Shown here one piece after another: positions 46,863-56,426 of a DNA stretch of 64,000 bases. How positions within the stretch are numbered: position 1 is the stretch's first letter; each line of letters begins with the position of its first letter. A program made the position numbers and the translations under genes. The notes beneath the pieces were generated by a model. That model did no database searches and was not told where the DNA came from. It was given only the letters and a program-made list of their open reading frames with translations. Where the stretch lies: sequence record NC_050154.1; one strand, 5' to 3'. This DNA is from Escherichia phage D6.

Positions 46863-47804
46863 TTAACTAACAATCCAGTCCGTAGCAACAACATCCTCTG
46901 GAGCTAAATCAATCGCATGGATTTTCCCATCCCGGATAGTGCGCCAGTGCTTTCGTGATCCACCTTCGGGCCACACCCATACACCTTCAGGCCAGGATGC
47001 TCGACGGCATACGATTGCATAGCCTGTTTTAATCCTCTCTCTGGCGGTATGCAACGACAGGTTTGCCTTTGGACTTTCAGGCACAGGATGGTGGATTGCC
47101 TGAAACATCCCCATCTTTGGATGATACCAGCGTTTATTGCGTGGTTCTGCCTCCGACATCACCTGCTTAAAGGCTTTCCGGAAGGGGGCCAGGGCCACAA
47201 TGGAGCGTTGCGCAAGCAAACCATCGGGAGTTAAAAACTCATGCGTATCGGTGGGAATCCGGTAAGCGTTAACCAGGTTTCGGCATTTGGCTTCAGTCAG
47301 GCCACATTTCGCCGCCAGCTGGCGGTAGCCAATGTAGCCTTCCGGAATATTGCCTTTCTTTATTTGCTCGAGTGTTTCAGCGACCATCGATACTTGTGCT
47401 GATACCTCGGCTACCTGGGCATTTACGGCGTTGATCCGGCGTTCATGCTCAAGATGCATTTGCGCCATTTCAGCCAGAATTTCGGCTTTTGATTTTAACT
47501 GTACCCGGGCATTCTCCAGTTCGCGCCAGCGGTCCACCAGCCGGGCGGTGAATTCGGGAGAGAGCTGCGCGACGACAACAATGCTGTCTCGTTTGCCTTG
47601 CTCGCCTTCGAAGACATAGACCGGATCTTTGACAACCTTCCCTAAGTTATTGATTCTTTCGACGAACTCATTTTGAGTTTCTCGGATGACACCGCTAGCC
47701 ATCATATTGCGAATGGTACGTAAAACATTGCCGTGACGACTACCAACTAACTCTGCAATATCTAGGCTACTCATTGTCGCTTTTTGAGAGATGGACAGAT
47801 TCAT
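46863..47804 (-). CDS. antirepressor-like protein (Rha/Ant-type N-terminus)
   Basis: 313 aa; N-terminal SSLDIAELVGSRHGNVLRTIRNM; sits downstream of an icd-like ORF and a c4-like RNA. Confidence 0.55.
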   Translation of the reverse strand: MNLSISQKATMSSLDIAELVGSRHGNVLRTIRNMMASGVIRETQNEFVERINNLGKVVKDPVYVFEGEQGKRDSIVVVAQLSPEFTARLVDRWRELENARVQLKSKAEILAEMAQMHLEHERRINAVNAQVAEVSAQVSMVAETLEQIKKGNIPEGYIGYRQLAAKCGLTEAKCRNLVNAYRIPTDTHEFLTPDGLLAQRSIVALAPFRKAFKQVMSEAEPRNKRWYHPKMGMFQAIHHPVPESPKANLSLHTARERIKTGYAIVCRRASWPEGVWVWPEGGSRKHWRTIRDGKIHAIDLAPEDVVATDWIVS

Positions 47805-48019
47805 CAGCGCACCTCCACGCAGTTCATCGGCAGATTCCAGTAATTGAGGATCTCCATCGCATCAAGAGTGAAGCGAGCAGCAAAAATGCAGGGTTCTTCG
47901 GGAAGGTATGAGCGCGCCTCTGATTCGGTAGCAGCCATGACGCAGATATACAGGTGCTTTTGGCAGGAATAGAAACGCCAGATAAATTCAGAATGAGTTG
48001 GGGTAGGGATAGTAGCCAT
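47804..48019 (-). CDS. Icd-like small protein
   Basis: 71 aa, stop overlaps the ant-like start; AAAAGGAGG RBS. Confidence 0.45.
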   Translation of the reverse strand: MATIPTPTHSEFIWRFYSCQKHLYICVMAATESEARSYLPEEPCIFAARFTLDAMEILNYWNLPMNCVEVR

Positions 48020-48079
48020 ATTGGCAGCCTCCTTTTGCTAATTTAAGGAGCTACCGCGTGAGGTCTCAATCTCAATGGC

Positions 48080-48155
48080 GGTAGCACTGGCTGGGTTGAG
48101 ACTACCGGCGCAAAAGGGAACCGGCCTGCCTTTCGGCAGCCCAGCCAGCACTACC
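48080..48155 (-). ncRNA. candidate c4-type antisense regulatory RNA (~76 nt)
   Basis: 16-bp closing stem with two G-U pairs enclosing a GAAA-looped hairpin; a loop GUCUCAA is complementary to two UUGAGAC sites, one just before the icd-like RBS. Confidence 0.4.
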
Positions 48156-48206
48156 ATTGATCTTGGAGCTATACGCTACGTATGGCTGTGCGATGGCATG
48201 ACACAA

Positions 48207-48228
48207 AAAAAGACGCTTTCGGCGTCTG
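48207..48228 (-). terminator. intrinsic terminator upstream of the c4-like RNA
   Basis: Minus strand GACGCCGAAAGCGTC followed by TTTTTTT. Confidence 0.6.
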
Positions 48229-48817
48229 TGTCGCCTTTTGCATTATCCGGGGTCTCAATCCCGGCACCCGTTTTTCTAAGGTGCCGTAGAAATATACCCC
48301 ACGATAATGCCAGGGCGCAACAGTCAGTATTTTATGCTTTGGCGGATTTCTTCCGGGCTTGCTTGCAGGCGTAGGCCATTGCTTTAGCTTTCACTTCATC
48401 CAGCTTCCCGGTGATCACTTCTTTTCCGAGAGTGACAAACCAGTCATAGCAACCGCCAGTGATGTTCTGGATTTGAAAGTTGAGGTAGCGAACTGTCATT
48501 TTGACCCCCCCAGCGCGAGTAAAGAATGCAGATTATCGCGTGAGTGGCGGACAACGAGTGATGGGAAAAGACAGTAGCTGTTCATAGTGTAGTGACTCCT
48601 TGCTTTCGGAGCCGCCATCGACTGTTCCACGGTCTGGTGGCGGCGCAATAAAGGCTGGAACACCGTGAGTCAACGGGGGCTTTTCAGCCACCTATATTGC
48701 ACCGCCATAGGTATAGCGGCGGCAATAATACGAAAAACTAAACAGTTTGTCTCAAAAAGTTGACCGGTGTGCCAATCGGTAGTGAATGTACATCGGAGAA
48801 ATTTACAATTCAACTTA

Positions 48818-48839
48818 AAATGTTAGAAAACTAATTTAT
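48818..48839. promoter_or_regulatory. candidate C1-type operator upstream of the immI-like unit
   Basis: AATGTTAGAAAACTAATTTAT, 17/19 identical to the motif at 62787; overlaps the ref-like stop. Confidence 0.5.
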
Positions 48840-49409
48840 CAATTCAATCGCCATCTGATACAACGTCATTTCATCGGCATTGTGCCGCATGAAATCTGCT
48901 TTTCCGCCTATTTTTCCGTCAGCATGAACAGGGACCAGCCAGGGATATTGTTCTCGGACCTCGGCTGGCGCTGCGTACTGGTGGTGCCATTTACACAAAG
49001 GGAGGACATATTTATGCGCGTTCTCTGCCGTTCTCCCGAAGATATGGTGCAGGGATACCACTGGGCTATGTTGCCCGTGAATATGGCAGGCAATGCAGGG
49101 GAGAGCACCGATAGCGGTCTGTATCCGGCGTTCATCGGCTGTGAGTGATCTGCCTTTCAGGCCGCGTGACGTGCGTGTTTTTTTGGACGGAGCGGATACA
49201 GCTTTATCTTTTCTCCGCTGTTCATATTGCTTTGCTTTTTCAATTTTCTTTTGCCGATATTCAGGCGATGCGGCTTTTTCTCTCGCTCGCTGCTGCTGGC
49301 GTTGAGCTTGTTGAAGGCACTTTGCCCTTTGTTCCTCTCGCCAGGCTGGGTCAGCCAATTTTTGCATGGCTTTTTGTCTCTGTTTCTCCCAATAGCTCTG
49401 TTTCTGCAT
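48831..49409 (-). CDS. HNH-type endonuclease with Lys/Arg/Gln-rich N-terminal extension (P1 Ref-like)
   Basis: 192 aa; CIACHIHGQHSPVVSLHHIFGRT...LPLCKWHH; operator-like motif ~60 bp upstream. Confidence 0.55.
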   Translation of the reverse strand: MQKQSYWEKQRQKAMQKLADPAWREEQRAKCLQQAQRQQQRAREKAASPEYRQKKIEKAKQYEQRRKDKAVSAPSKKTRTSRGLKGRSLTADERRIQTAIGALPCIACHIHGQHSPVVSLHHIFGRTAENAHKYVLPLCKWHHQYAAPAEVREQYPWLVPVHADGKIGGKADFMRHNADEMTLYQMAIELIN

Positions 49410-49472
49410 GATGGCTGCCTCTTACTTTTCAGCGATTTTTCTATGATTGATCAAAATGATTAGATATTCAAA

Positions 49473-49493
49473 ATTGATTTTCTAACACAAAAC
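49473..49493. promoter_or_regulatory. candidate C1-type operator in a divergent promoter region
   Basis: ATTGATTTTCTAACACAAAAC. Confidence 0.55.
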
Positions 49494-49681
49494 ATTAATA
49501 TCATTCCTGATAACTGTTTGGAGGACATGATGCTTATAGCTTTAAGTGCGATCCACCAGCCATCTGTGAATGAGATTGGCCTGTTCTATGTGTTGTTTTT
49601 CGGGGCGTTGGCGCTACTTGAGCTTGGTATTGAGCTTTTCGCAGTGCTTATGTTTTGCGTCACGATTTTGGGGAAATTTTG

Positions 49682-50293
49682 ATGGTGAAACGTGTTTTGA
49701 AAATTTACATCGCGGGGCCGATGACTGGTTATCCAGATTACAACCGTGCTGCGTTTAATGCGAAAGCGAGCGAGCTGATGGCTGAAGGGCATATCGTTCT
49801 GAATCCAGCTGTGTTACCTGGTGGCCTTTGTCAGAGTGAATACATGGATATTTGCCTGGCAATGGTGCGTTCTGCTGATGCGATCTACTTGCTCAATCGA
49901 TGGGAGGAATCGATTGGTGCTCGTGCAGAGCACGCGCTGGCTGAAAAGCTGGGGCTGACTGTAATTTATGAGTCACCAACCAACATTGAATGCCAGGTTG
50001 CTCCGCATATTTACCGGGAACTGGTCAATGCACTGTGTGATATCGCTGCTGTATATCACGGCACAGAACAGCTTCGTGAGCGTTTAGCCCATACCATTTC
50101 CTATTACCTGTCTTTATCTCATGAGCACAAGCTCCGCCAGAAGGTAATGATCAAATTTATCATGAGGTTATCGAAATCCCTGGCAAACGCCGATCCAAAG
50201 AATCCATTACCGAAAGAGGCAATGAATTACCTGAAGTCCTGCAACGTTGTTTCTGAAGATGGCGTGCTTTTGGTTAGAAGGAGTTCTGCGTGA
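49682..50293 (+). CDS. DUF4406-like protein with C-terminal extension
   Basis: KIYIAGPMTGYPDYNRAAF N-terminus; C-terminal HIYRELVNALCD...GTEQLRERL module also present in the 56427 ORF. Confidence 0.6.
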   Translation: MVKRVLKIYIAGPMTGYPDYNRAAFNAKASELMAEGHIVLNPAVLPGGLCQSEYMDICLAMVRSADAIYLLNRWEESIGARAEHALAEKLGLTVIYESPTNIECQVAPHIYRELVNALCDIAAVYHGTEQLRERLAHTISYYLSLSHEHKLRQKVMIKFIMRLSKSLANADPKNPLPKEAMNYLKSCNVVSEDGVLLVRRSSA

Positions 50294-50607
50294 GCTGGCG
50301 GGGATGGGGAAGGGCAGAAATCATGATACTCCGCCAGTGCGCCGGGACTATGACAGTCGAGAGTATTGGGAGGCTGATCGGGCGTACCGGTAGTGCTGTC
50401 AGAACCAAAGCGCGGCAACTGCGGATCTGCATGATTCTGAAAGGAGACTTTCACCCGTCAGCCAAATACCGGCAGGGCGATATAGAACTGGCACGGCAAC
50501 TTCATCGGTGTGGTGTTCCCCGCCGTGAGATCGCGGAAAAACTCGAAATGCCCCTAGGCATGATTAATCAGTACGTTTATTTCGAAAGGAGAGTGTATGA
50601 AGTCTGA
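50290..50607 (+). CDS. putative HTH DNA-binding protein
   Basis: 105-aa ORF coupled to the upstream gene. Confidence 0.5.
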   Translation: MSWRGWGRAEIMILRQCAGTMTVESIGRLIGRTGSAVRTKARQLRICMILKGDFHPSAKYRQGDIELARQLHRCGVPRREIAEKLEMPLGMINQYVYFERRVYEV

Positions 50608-50953
50608 AGGTTTAACGCCCGCACAACTGGCAGAGCGTAACGCTGAGTATGTAACGGAAATTTCCCGACTTGAGAAAGCGTGTGCTGCGCTGGCGGCGGA
50701 GAATGCTGGGCTGAAACATGCAATGGCTGTAACTCTTGAGCATGTGTCGGTCACGGATGCAGGTCAGGCCGGAGTTGCTGCAATGATTATCAACGATGCC
50801 CTGCACCACAGCGAAACTCCAGCCACCGATGATTTTCTGGCTGAAGTACGTGCGCAGGGCGTGGAGATGTTTGCTGAGTGCGCATACACACTTGAACATC
50901 ATGATCACGCAGTAGCTTTTGCCGCTGAGCTTCGTACAGGAAATAAACAGTGA
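50597..50953 (+). CDS. hypothetical protein (paralogous module family)
   Basis: 118 aa; LAEVRAQGVEMFAE module similar to [13 protein letters not shown] in the next ORF. Confidence 0.5.
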   Translation: MKSEGLTPAQLAERNAEYVTEISRLEKACAALAAENAGLKHAMAVTLEHVSVTDAGQAGVAAMIINDALHHSETPATDDFLAEVRAQGVEMFAECAYTLEHHDHAVAFAAELRTGNKQ

Positions 50954-51618
50954 ATGAGATTTACTACCTGACGTTACGTGAACGTTATTCACCAAAACCA
51001 GCGCCTAAATGCTCTGTTTGTGGCGAGGAAATGTCAATGCAGCGCATATCTGGATCACATGTTGTTTATGCCTGTTCTGGCATGGAGGATGACGGATGCT
51101 TCAAAACTGGACGAACTTATGCTGACGAGCATTACAAAAAATCGCGCATAACAGTAGTTGATGATAGCGATCCTGATGTGATTGAACTGCTGGACGAGAA
51201 CGTGGAGATGGCTCTAACGCTTGAGAATCTGCGTGTTGAGCTGGAAGCCGCTAAAAAGTGTATTGCAGAGCTGGAAAGCAATTGCGGGGCGCTGGTGGCG
51301 GAATGCCAAAACAAAAAAGCAGCACTTGAGGAAATTCTTAGCCATCTCCCAATTAATCATCCAGATATAGACATCGCATGTGTAGCGAACATAGCTCATA
51401 ACAAATTAGGCGAGGCGAAAAGCACTACATCTGAAGCTTACCTTGTTGAAATACAGGCTCAGGGATTGGAGGCATTCGCTTTGACGATGCGCGATACCGG
51501 AGATGATCCATTTTTTGATTCCGTTGCTTCTGCTTGCGCGGATGCGGCTGACAGGTTCGCAGCCCTGCTTCGTAAAGGACAATCCTGCCTGCGCCCGAAC
51601 TTTGAAGGGAAAAGATGA
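50950..51618 (+). CDS. hypothetical protein with N-terminal Cys cluster and coiled coil
   Basis: 222-aa ORF, overlapping stop/start. Confidence 0.5.
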   Translation: MNEIYYLTLRERYSPKPAPKCSVCGEEMSMQRISGSHVVYACSGMEDDGCFKTGRTYADEHYKKSRITVVDDSDPDVIELLDENVEMALTLENLRVELEAAKKCIAELESNCGALVAECQNKKAALEEILSHLPINHPDIDIACVANIAHNKLGEAKSTTSEAYLVEIQAQGLEAFALTMRDTGDDPFFDSVASACADAADRFAALLRKGQSCLRPNFEGKR

Positions 51619-51938
51619 TGACCACATCGCATTCTGCAATTACCCAAGAAAAAGCCTTCAACATACTCGAACGACTAGAGACGCTCGCTACGGAGGAGGA
51701 TATATCCCCGGAGAAACTGGTTGAGTTCAGCCGTGTGATATTGCGTCGCAAGAACGATATGGAGCGGCTGACATCTGGCGCTCCATCCTTATCAGTCAGT
51801 CCAGCGCTTTATTGCAGCTTCTGCAACAAATCCCAGCACACCGTTAAAAAGTTAATTGCTGGGGACGCCGTTTTCATCTGCGACGAGTGTGTGGATGCGT
51901 GCAACAACGTTATCCGGGAAGAGGGCTTAAGAAAATGA
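51615..51938 (+). CDS. small protein with ClpX-type N-terminal zinc-binding domain at its C-terminus
   Basis: [39 protein letters not shown], near-colinear with the E. coli ClpX zinc finger as recalled. Confidence 0.75.
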   Translation: MMTTSHSAITQEKAFNILERLETLATEEDISPEKLVEFSRVILRRKNDMERLTSGAPSLSVSPALYCSFCNKSQHTVKKLIAGDAVFICDECVDACNNVIREEGLRK

Positions 51939-52029
51939 ATGACGAATTTGACCGCTTTGAATTTTAACGGGGCGCACCGTCGCCCCGCATGGGAGGGGGA
52001 TACGATGAAAAAAGATGAGGCAGAATCCA

Positions 52030-52305
52030 ATGAATATCGACACGACAATAACGATCGATACGCTCCTAAATTCCGGTCTGGCACTTCTCGGTTGGTTTTA
52101 CATCATGTTCAGTGCGGGGAAGTGGGCGGCCTCTGTTTTTCTAAAGCAGTGGGGAAAGCGCCGCAAACAGGAAAAACGCCAGAAAGCGTTGGAGGCGTTC
52201 TATGACGCATTTGAACTTAGCCGCATTGAACCAGGCACAACAGCCAGGATAGCGACAAAAGGCGACCTGATGATAGTGATGTTCAGACAGGAGAAAACCA
52301 AATGA
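52030..52305 (+). CDS. small membrane protein
   Basis: Hydrophobic LALLGWFYIMFSAGKWAASVF then basic tail; coupled to the next gene. Confidence 0.45.
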   Translation: MNIDTTITIDTLLNSGLALLGWFYIMFSAGKWAASVFLKQWGKRRKQEKRQKALEAFYDAFELSRIEPGTTARIATKGDLMIVMFRQEKTK

Positions 52306-52526
52306 CAGAACAGACGATGACAAATCGCGAACTTGTTGATGCCGCGATTGAACTTGCTGGCGATTTTTATTCCATGATGGGGTACACGCATCGCCCAGGC
52401 TTCAAATATTGGGAGTCTCCGCACCCGCAAGAGCAACGGGTATTTCAAATGGCCTGTCGCGCTTTTGAAGTTATTCGCGGTTCTGATGTGATGGACGCGG
52501 TTGCTGATTTGGAGGATGAAGAGTGA
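52302..52526 (+). CDS. hypothetical protein
   Basis: 74-aa ORF. Confidence 0.5.
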   Translation: MTEQTMTNRELVDAAIELAGDFYSMMGYTHRPGFKYWESPHPQEQRVFQMACRAFEVIRGSDVMDAVADLEDEE

Positions 52527-52834
52527 ACACAATTAAAGAAATGCCGGTAGAACGTGATGAATATGGCTGCTGGACACATCCGGAGTATGAAAAGTTTTGC
52601 GCAGGTCGTGAATATATATCCACTGAGGAATTTGACGCCTGGATGAAGGAAAATAATCTTCAGTGGACTATTCGCAGTATGGATGAAGATGATTTTGATC
52701 TGGACGCAGCTGGTCCCGATATTGCCGTCTGGGAACCGGAGCGACCAGAGGGTGAAGGCTGGTTTGTTGGCTCTATTCATGACACTGAAGATGGTCCAGT
52801 TTGTATCTGGCTGCGGGAGAAGGTTGCCGCATGA
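52523..52834 (+). CDS. hypothetical protein
   Basis: 103-aa ORF. Confidence 0.5.
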   Translation: MNTIKEMPVERDEYGCWTHPEYEKFCAGREYISTEEFDAWMKENNLQWTIRSMDEDDFDLDAAGPDIAVWEPERPEGEGWFVGSIHDTEDGPVCIWLREKVAA

Positions 52835-53523
52835 TCCAGACTATGCATGAAGTGAATTTATATAGCCGTATTGATGGTTCTGGCTACAGAAACATATGGG
52901 TTGTTGGTGATCTGCATGGTTGCTACACCAGACTGATGTCCGAACTCCATCGTGTGGATTTTGACCCGGCGCAGGATTTACTGATATCTGTTGGCGACCT
53001 TATCGATCGCGGTACTGAAAATGTCGAATGTCTGGAACTATTGCAGATGCCCTGGTTCAGGGCAGTAATGGGGAACCATGAGCGGTTGATGCTTGATGCG
53101 TTAAGTCCTGATGGCAACGTGAATAACTGGCTAATGAATGGCGGACAATGGTTCTTCATGCTGGACACTGATCAGGAAATATTAGCCTGGGCGCTGGTGG
53201 AGCTGGTAAAGCGTCTGCCATATATCATTGAGTTGAACACCGGGCATGAAACTATCGTTATAGCCCATGCCGACTATCCAGGTGGAGAGTACCAGTTCGG
53301 TAAGGATGTGTCGCTTTTTGATGTTGTCTGGTCGCGCAGTCGCGTCGGTGATTCGATAGATGGCATTGGTGGAGAAATCACAGGCGCAGATCGCTTTATC
53401 TTTGGGCACACACCGGTACGAAGACCAAAAGCATACTGGAATCAGCACTACATAGACACGGGCGCGGTTTTTTGCGGAAATCTGACGCTAATGCAGGTGA
53501 AGGGAGGGCAGCTTAAAGTCTGA
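52831..53523 (+). CDS. Ser/Thr protein phosphatase, lambda-phosphatase/PrpA family
   Basis: GDLHGC, GDLIDRG, GNHE metallophosphatase motifs; colinear with E. coli PrpA as recalled. Confidence 0.9.
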   Translation: MIQTMHEVNLYSRIDGSGYRNIWVVGDLHGCYTRLMSELHRVDFDPAQDLLISVGDLIDRGTENVECLELLQMPWFRAVMGNHERLMLDALSPDGNVNNWLMNGGQWFFMLDTDQEILAWALVELVKRLPYIIELNTGHETIVIAHADYPGGEYQFGKDVSLFDVVWSRSRVGDSIDGIGGEITGADRFIFGHTPVRRPKAYWNQHYIDTGAVFCGNLTLMQVKGGQLKV

Positions 53524-53550
53524 TCAAATCATTTACGCACTCAAAATTAC

Positions 53551-53580
53551 GTTAGAACATTGATTTTAGTTTTCTAACAT
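53551..53580. promoter_or_regulatory. inverted pair of candidate C1-type operator half-sites
   Basis: GTTAGAACATTGATTTTAGTTTTCTAACAT, ~40 bp upstream of the 53622 ATG. Confidence 0.5.
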
Positions 53581-53621
53581 ATTATTTTACCGCTCGGAAC
53601 AAAACAGAGTCGGTATACATT

Positions 53622-54617
53622 ATGAGTGCAATAATCACACCTCATTTCGTAAACGGAGCTGGTGTGGCTGTCTTTCCGGTAGACAAGCCCACCAGTAACT
53701 ACATTGGCGCAGGTCGCCGTTTCATTATCTCCCCACTTCCGCGTGAACAGGCTGAAAACACGCCAGATGGCGTAGTGGATCTGAATTATTCGCTGGTTGC
53801 CAACCAGTCTCTGAAACCGTTTTTTCAAAGCGAGCGCGTATTTAACGCGTTAGGCGGTGAAGATTCGCTTGTTCATTGGGTAAGTTCCAATATCCACGAT
53901 TGCCAGGCGCACGATAAGCGCGATTGTAGCCACCAGCTAACCACTCATTTCTATAACGGCTCTGCCGTTCGCCTGTGCTGGAAGCATGATGCGGAATACA
54001 TGATGAAGGGGTACAGCAAGCTGGACGACCAGTTATCCCTGAATCGCGCCAACTGGGTTATGAACTGGGCTGCGAGCGAGTTAAAACTACCGCCAGAACG
54101 CGATCTGAGCATGGTTGAACTCACTTTTTGGGCCATTCGCCGGAATCTGAAAGATGAGCTGCCAGATGAAGCCGGTCGCATTGCATTTTGTCAGCCAAAA
54201 ACTGAAATCCCTACCGGTACGCTGAAAGAATCAGATATCACTTGGGAGCACAGTACCCGCGAGCTGGTGGACATAACCGCAGAGCAGATCGTCAACCTGT
54301 CTGTAGATGAGGATTCCGGCCTGCTTTATATGCGCCGACCAAAAGTGGTCCTCGGTAAAAGCCCAGCTTATCTCCGGTTTGTGGTTTCTCGTCCGTGCAT
54401 CGGATGCGGTGGCAAAGTTAACCACCCGTTCATGTACCGCGTCCGCTCGTTAAACGAACACGACCGCTGGGCTGTTCCTCTTTGCGATGACTGCGCCAGA
54501 AGCGCAGAAAACGATGTCCGGGCATGGGAAAAAGCACATGGCATACGACTTTATGTAGCCGCTAACCAGCTTTTCGACTTCGCCATCGAGCGCGGAGTGA
54601 TCACGTTTAATAACTGA
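53622..54617 (+). CDS. hypothetical protein with C-terminal zinc-ribbon-like Cys motifs
   Basis: 331 aa; PCIGCGG...PLCDDC. Confidence 0.5.
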   Translation: MSAIITPHFVNGAGVAVFPVDKPTSNYIGAGRRFIISPLPREQAENTPDGVVDLNYSLVANQSLKPFFQSERVFNALGGEDSLVHWVSSNIHDCQAHDKRDCSHQLTTHFYNGSAVRLCWKHDAEYMMKGYSKLDDQLSLNRANWVMNWAASELKLPPERDLSMVELTFWAIRRNLKDELPDEAGRIAFCQPKTEIPTGTLKESDITWEHSTRELVDITAEQIVNLSVDEDSGLLYMRRPKVVLGKSPAYLRFVVSRPCIGCGGKVNHPFMYRVRSLNEHDRWAVPLCDDCARSAENDVRAWEKAHGIRLYVAANQLFDFAIERGVITFNN

Positions 54618-54630
54618 TGGGAACAACGCA

Positions 54631-54930
54631 ATGAGTCAAGGTAACGGTGACGGAGCTGCAAAGTGCAGAATCTCCACTTGTTTGATTAATGGCAGAAAAA
54701 TAGAACCGTGCGCGGCGCTGGCACAATCTCTGGAGCAGGATGCTGAATACACGACGCGAAAAGGCCTGCTGAAATACAAAGTCTATAACCATGAATTAAT
54801 TCATTCACAGGACCTGATCATGCTGCGGTCTGGTGAATTTTCTAAATCGCCTATTCGAGTTTCATTTTGCCCATTCTGTGGTGAAAGTCTGAAAACGTGG
54901 GAAGCGGAGGCAACCAGTGAGCAAGATTGA
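54631..54930 (+). CDS. hypothetical zinc-ribbon protein
   Basis: 99 aa; C-x4-C ... CPFCG. Confidence 0.45.
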   Translation: MSQGNGDGAAKCRISTCLINGRKIEPCAALAQSLEQDAEYTTRKGLLKYKVYNHELIHSQDLIMLRSGEFSKSPIRVSFCPFCGESLKTWEAEATSEQD

Positions 54931-55564
54931 TTATCAAAAGCTTCGTGAAATCGCTGAAAAAACAAAAATTGCTGGTGAAGCACCTGTAATGCCTTTCGAT
55001 CAGCGAATTAATGCGCTTAACGATTTTATGAAGCACTTTTCGCCAGATATCGCGCTGGCATTGTTGGATGAACGGGAAAGAAACCTGCAATACATCAAAA
55101 GCCGCGATCAGGAGAACGAGGATATTGCGCTAACGGTAGGGAAGCTGCGTGTTGAGCTGGAAGCAGCAGAGAACAACCTTATTGATAGTGAATGCCATGT
55201 TGCTGAACTGGAAGAAGCGCTACGCGATAAGCAGGCGTTACTTGAAGCATCAGAAAAGCGCATAGCAGAACTGGAAGCACGGGAAATAAAACCAGCCAAA
55301 GGTGAAGTTCTTGTCGTTGTTTCTGGTTTTACTGGTTGCGGAAAAAGCGCCATCGCCGGGGAAATAGAAATCGCGATGAAGGCTATTGGTGTACCGGTTA
55401 AGTGGACTAATGGCGATGCAGAAAAGCGCATGACTGGCGCTGACTGGCTGACAGCGATTGAGATGTACAAACCAACAGTGCGCATCGTGGAAGTTAATGT
55501 GCCACGCGTCGCTGGCATTTGCATCAAAGGAGACGCAGGAGAGCAAAACGATGAAAAACCGTAA
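54917..55564 (+). CDS. hypothetical coiled-coil protein (paralogous module family)
   Basis: [14 protein letters not shown] resembles [14 protein letters not shown] in the 50950 ORF. Confidence 0.5.
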   Translation: MSKIDYQKLREIAEKTKIAGEAPVMPFDQRINALNDFMKHFSPDIALALLDERERNLQYIKSRDQENEDIALTVGKLRVELEAAENNLIDSECHVAELEEALRDKQALLEASEKRIAELEAREIKPAKGEVLVVVSGFTGCGKSAIAGEIEIAMKAIGVPVKWTNGDAEKRMTGADWLTAIEMYKPTVRIVEVNVPRVAGICIKGDAGEQNDEKP

Positions 55565-55742
55565 AGCTAAGATGCTTATCTCCCGTGTATACAGACTTTG
55601 CTATCCCAGCCAGTGGTTGAGAGTTAGCAATCGTCGTGTGGTGTTGTTTTCATTTTCTGGAATTGCCAGAGAGGGAGTCCGAGATAAGGGCAGCGCGGCG
55701 CAAAACCGCTGGAAAAACCACCTGCGCACTAAAGGAGACTGA
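55551..55742 (+). CDS. hypothetical small basic protein
   Basis: RBS-supported ATG inside a longer track ORF. Confidence 0.4.
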   Translation: MKNRKAKMLISRVYRLCYPSQWLRVSNRRVVLFSFSGIAREGVRDKGSAAQNRWKNHLRTKGD

Positions 55743-55743
55743 T

Positions 55744-55959
55744 ATGGCTATTGCCGCAAGTTACACCATGCATCTCTACTGTGATTGTCGCCAGTGTACA
55801 AATGGTAAATATCAAACGCCAGACTTCGGTGAGTATATCGGTACGTCATGGGCTGGCTGTGCAAAAGAGGCGCGTAAGGATGGCTGGCGAATAAGCGCCG
55901 ACAAAACGCGTGCTTTTGCGCCAGGTCATAAAATTTTGAGGATCAACAAAGGAGAGTGA
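55744..55959 (+). CDS. hypothetical Cys-rich small protein
   Basis: AAGGAG RBS before MAIAASYTMHLYCDCRQC. Confidence 0.45.
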   Translation: MAIAASYTMHLYCDCRQCTNGKYQTPDFGEYIGTSWAGCAKEARKDGWRISADKTRAFAPGHKILRINKGE

Positions 55960-55960
55960 T

Positions 55961-56416
55961 GTGCCGACATTATTCAGAAAAGAATATCCGCGAAGAAGCA
56001 GGGCTATAGAACTCTTGTTTCTCATTCTGTTTATCGTGCTGCTGATACCGATATCCTCAATATTAGTGACTGTTCTAGTGGGGAAAGCATTTGAACCGTT
56101 AGTTGACCTGTATATCGATATAGTGTGTAAACCATTCGGGGCACTACACAATAAAATTAACCCATACAAGGAAACTGATATGGCAACTTTGACAAAAGAA
56201 GAGAGTTTTACCAAAAAACAAATCGCCGAGGCAAAAATCCTCGACAATAACGGAACCTACTTTATCAACGGCTCCATCCTTCCTGTTTATATCAATGAAA
56301 ATGGCGACACTTACCTTATTGAAGAGTACGAAAAAGGCAAGCCGAGCGAACACCTCATTAAAGACTTATTCGCCGACGGCGTTCTTGTTGCTGTTAATCC
56401 GATTGGCTACAACTGA
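55961..56416 (+). CDS. AT-rich hypothetical protein with N-terminal TM segment (possibly two short genes)
   Basis: GTG start after GGAG; an internal Met at MATLTKEE could begin a second product. Confidence 0.45.
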   Translation: MPTLFRKEYPRRSRAIELLFLILFIVLLIPISSILVTVLVGKAFEPLVDLYIDIVCKPFGALHNKINPYKETDMATLTKEESFTKKQIAEAKILDNNGTYFINGSILPVYINENGDTYLIEEYEKGKPSEHLIKDLFADGVLVAVNPIGYN

Positions 56417-56426
56417 GGCATAAATT

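Noticed and set aside
48080-48155. tRNA gene (P1-type phages carry tRNAs and the RNA is tRNA-sized)
   Set aside because: No cloverleaf and no T-loop GTTCRA or D-loop consensus; the fold is a long stem with an internal hairpin, and the loop-target complementarity fits a c4-type antisense RNA instead. I found no convincing tRNA elsewhere by eye, but a proper scan was not run.
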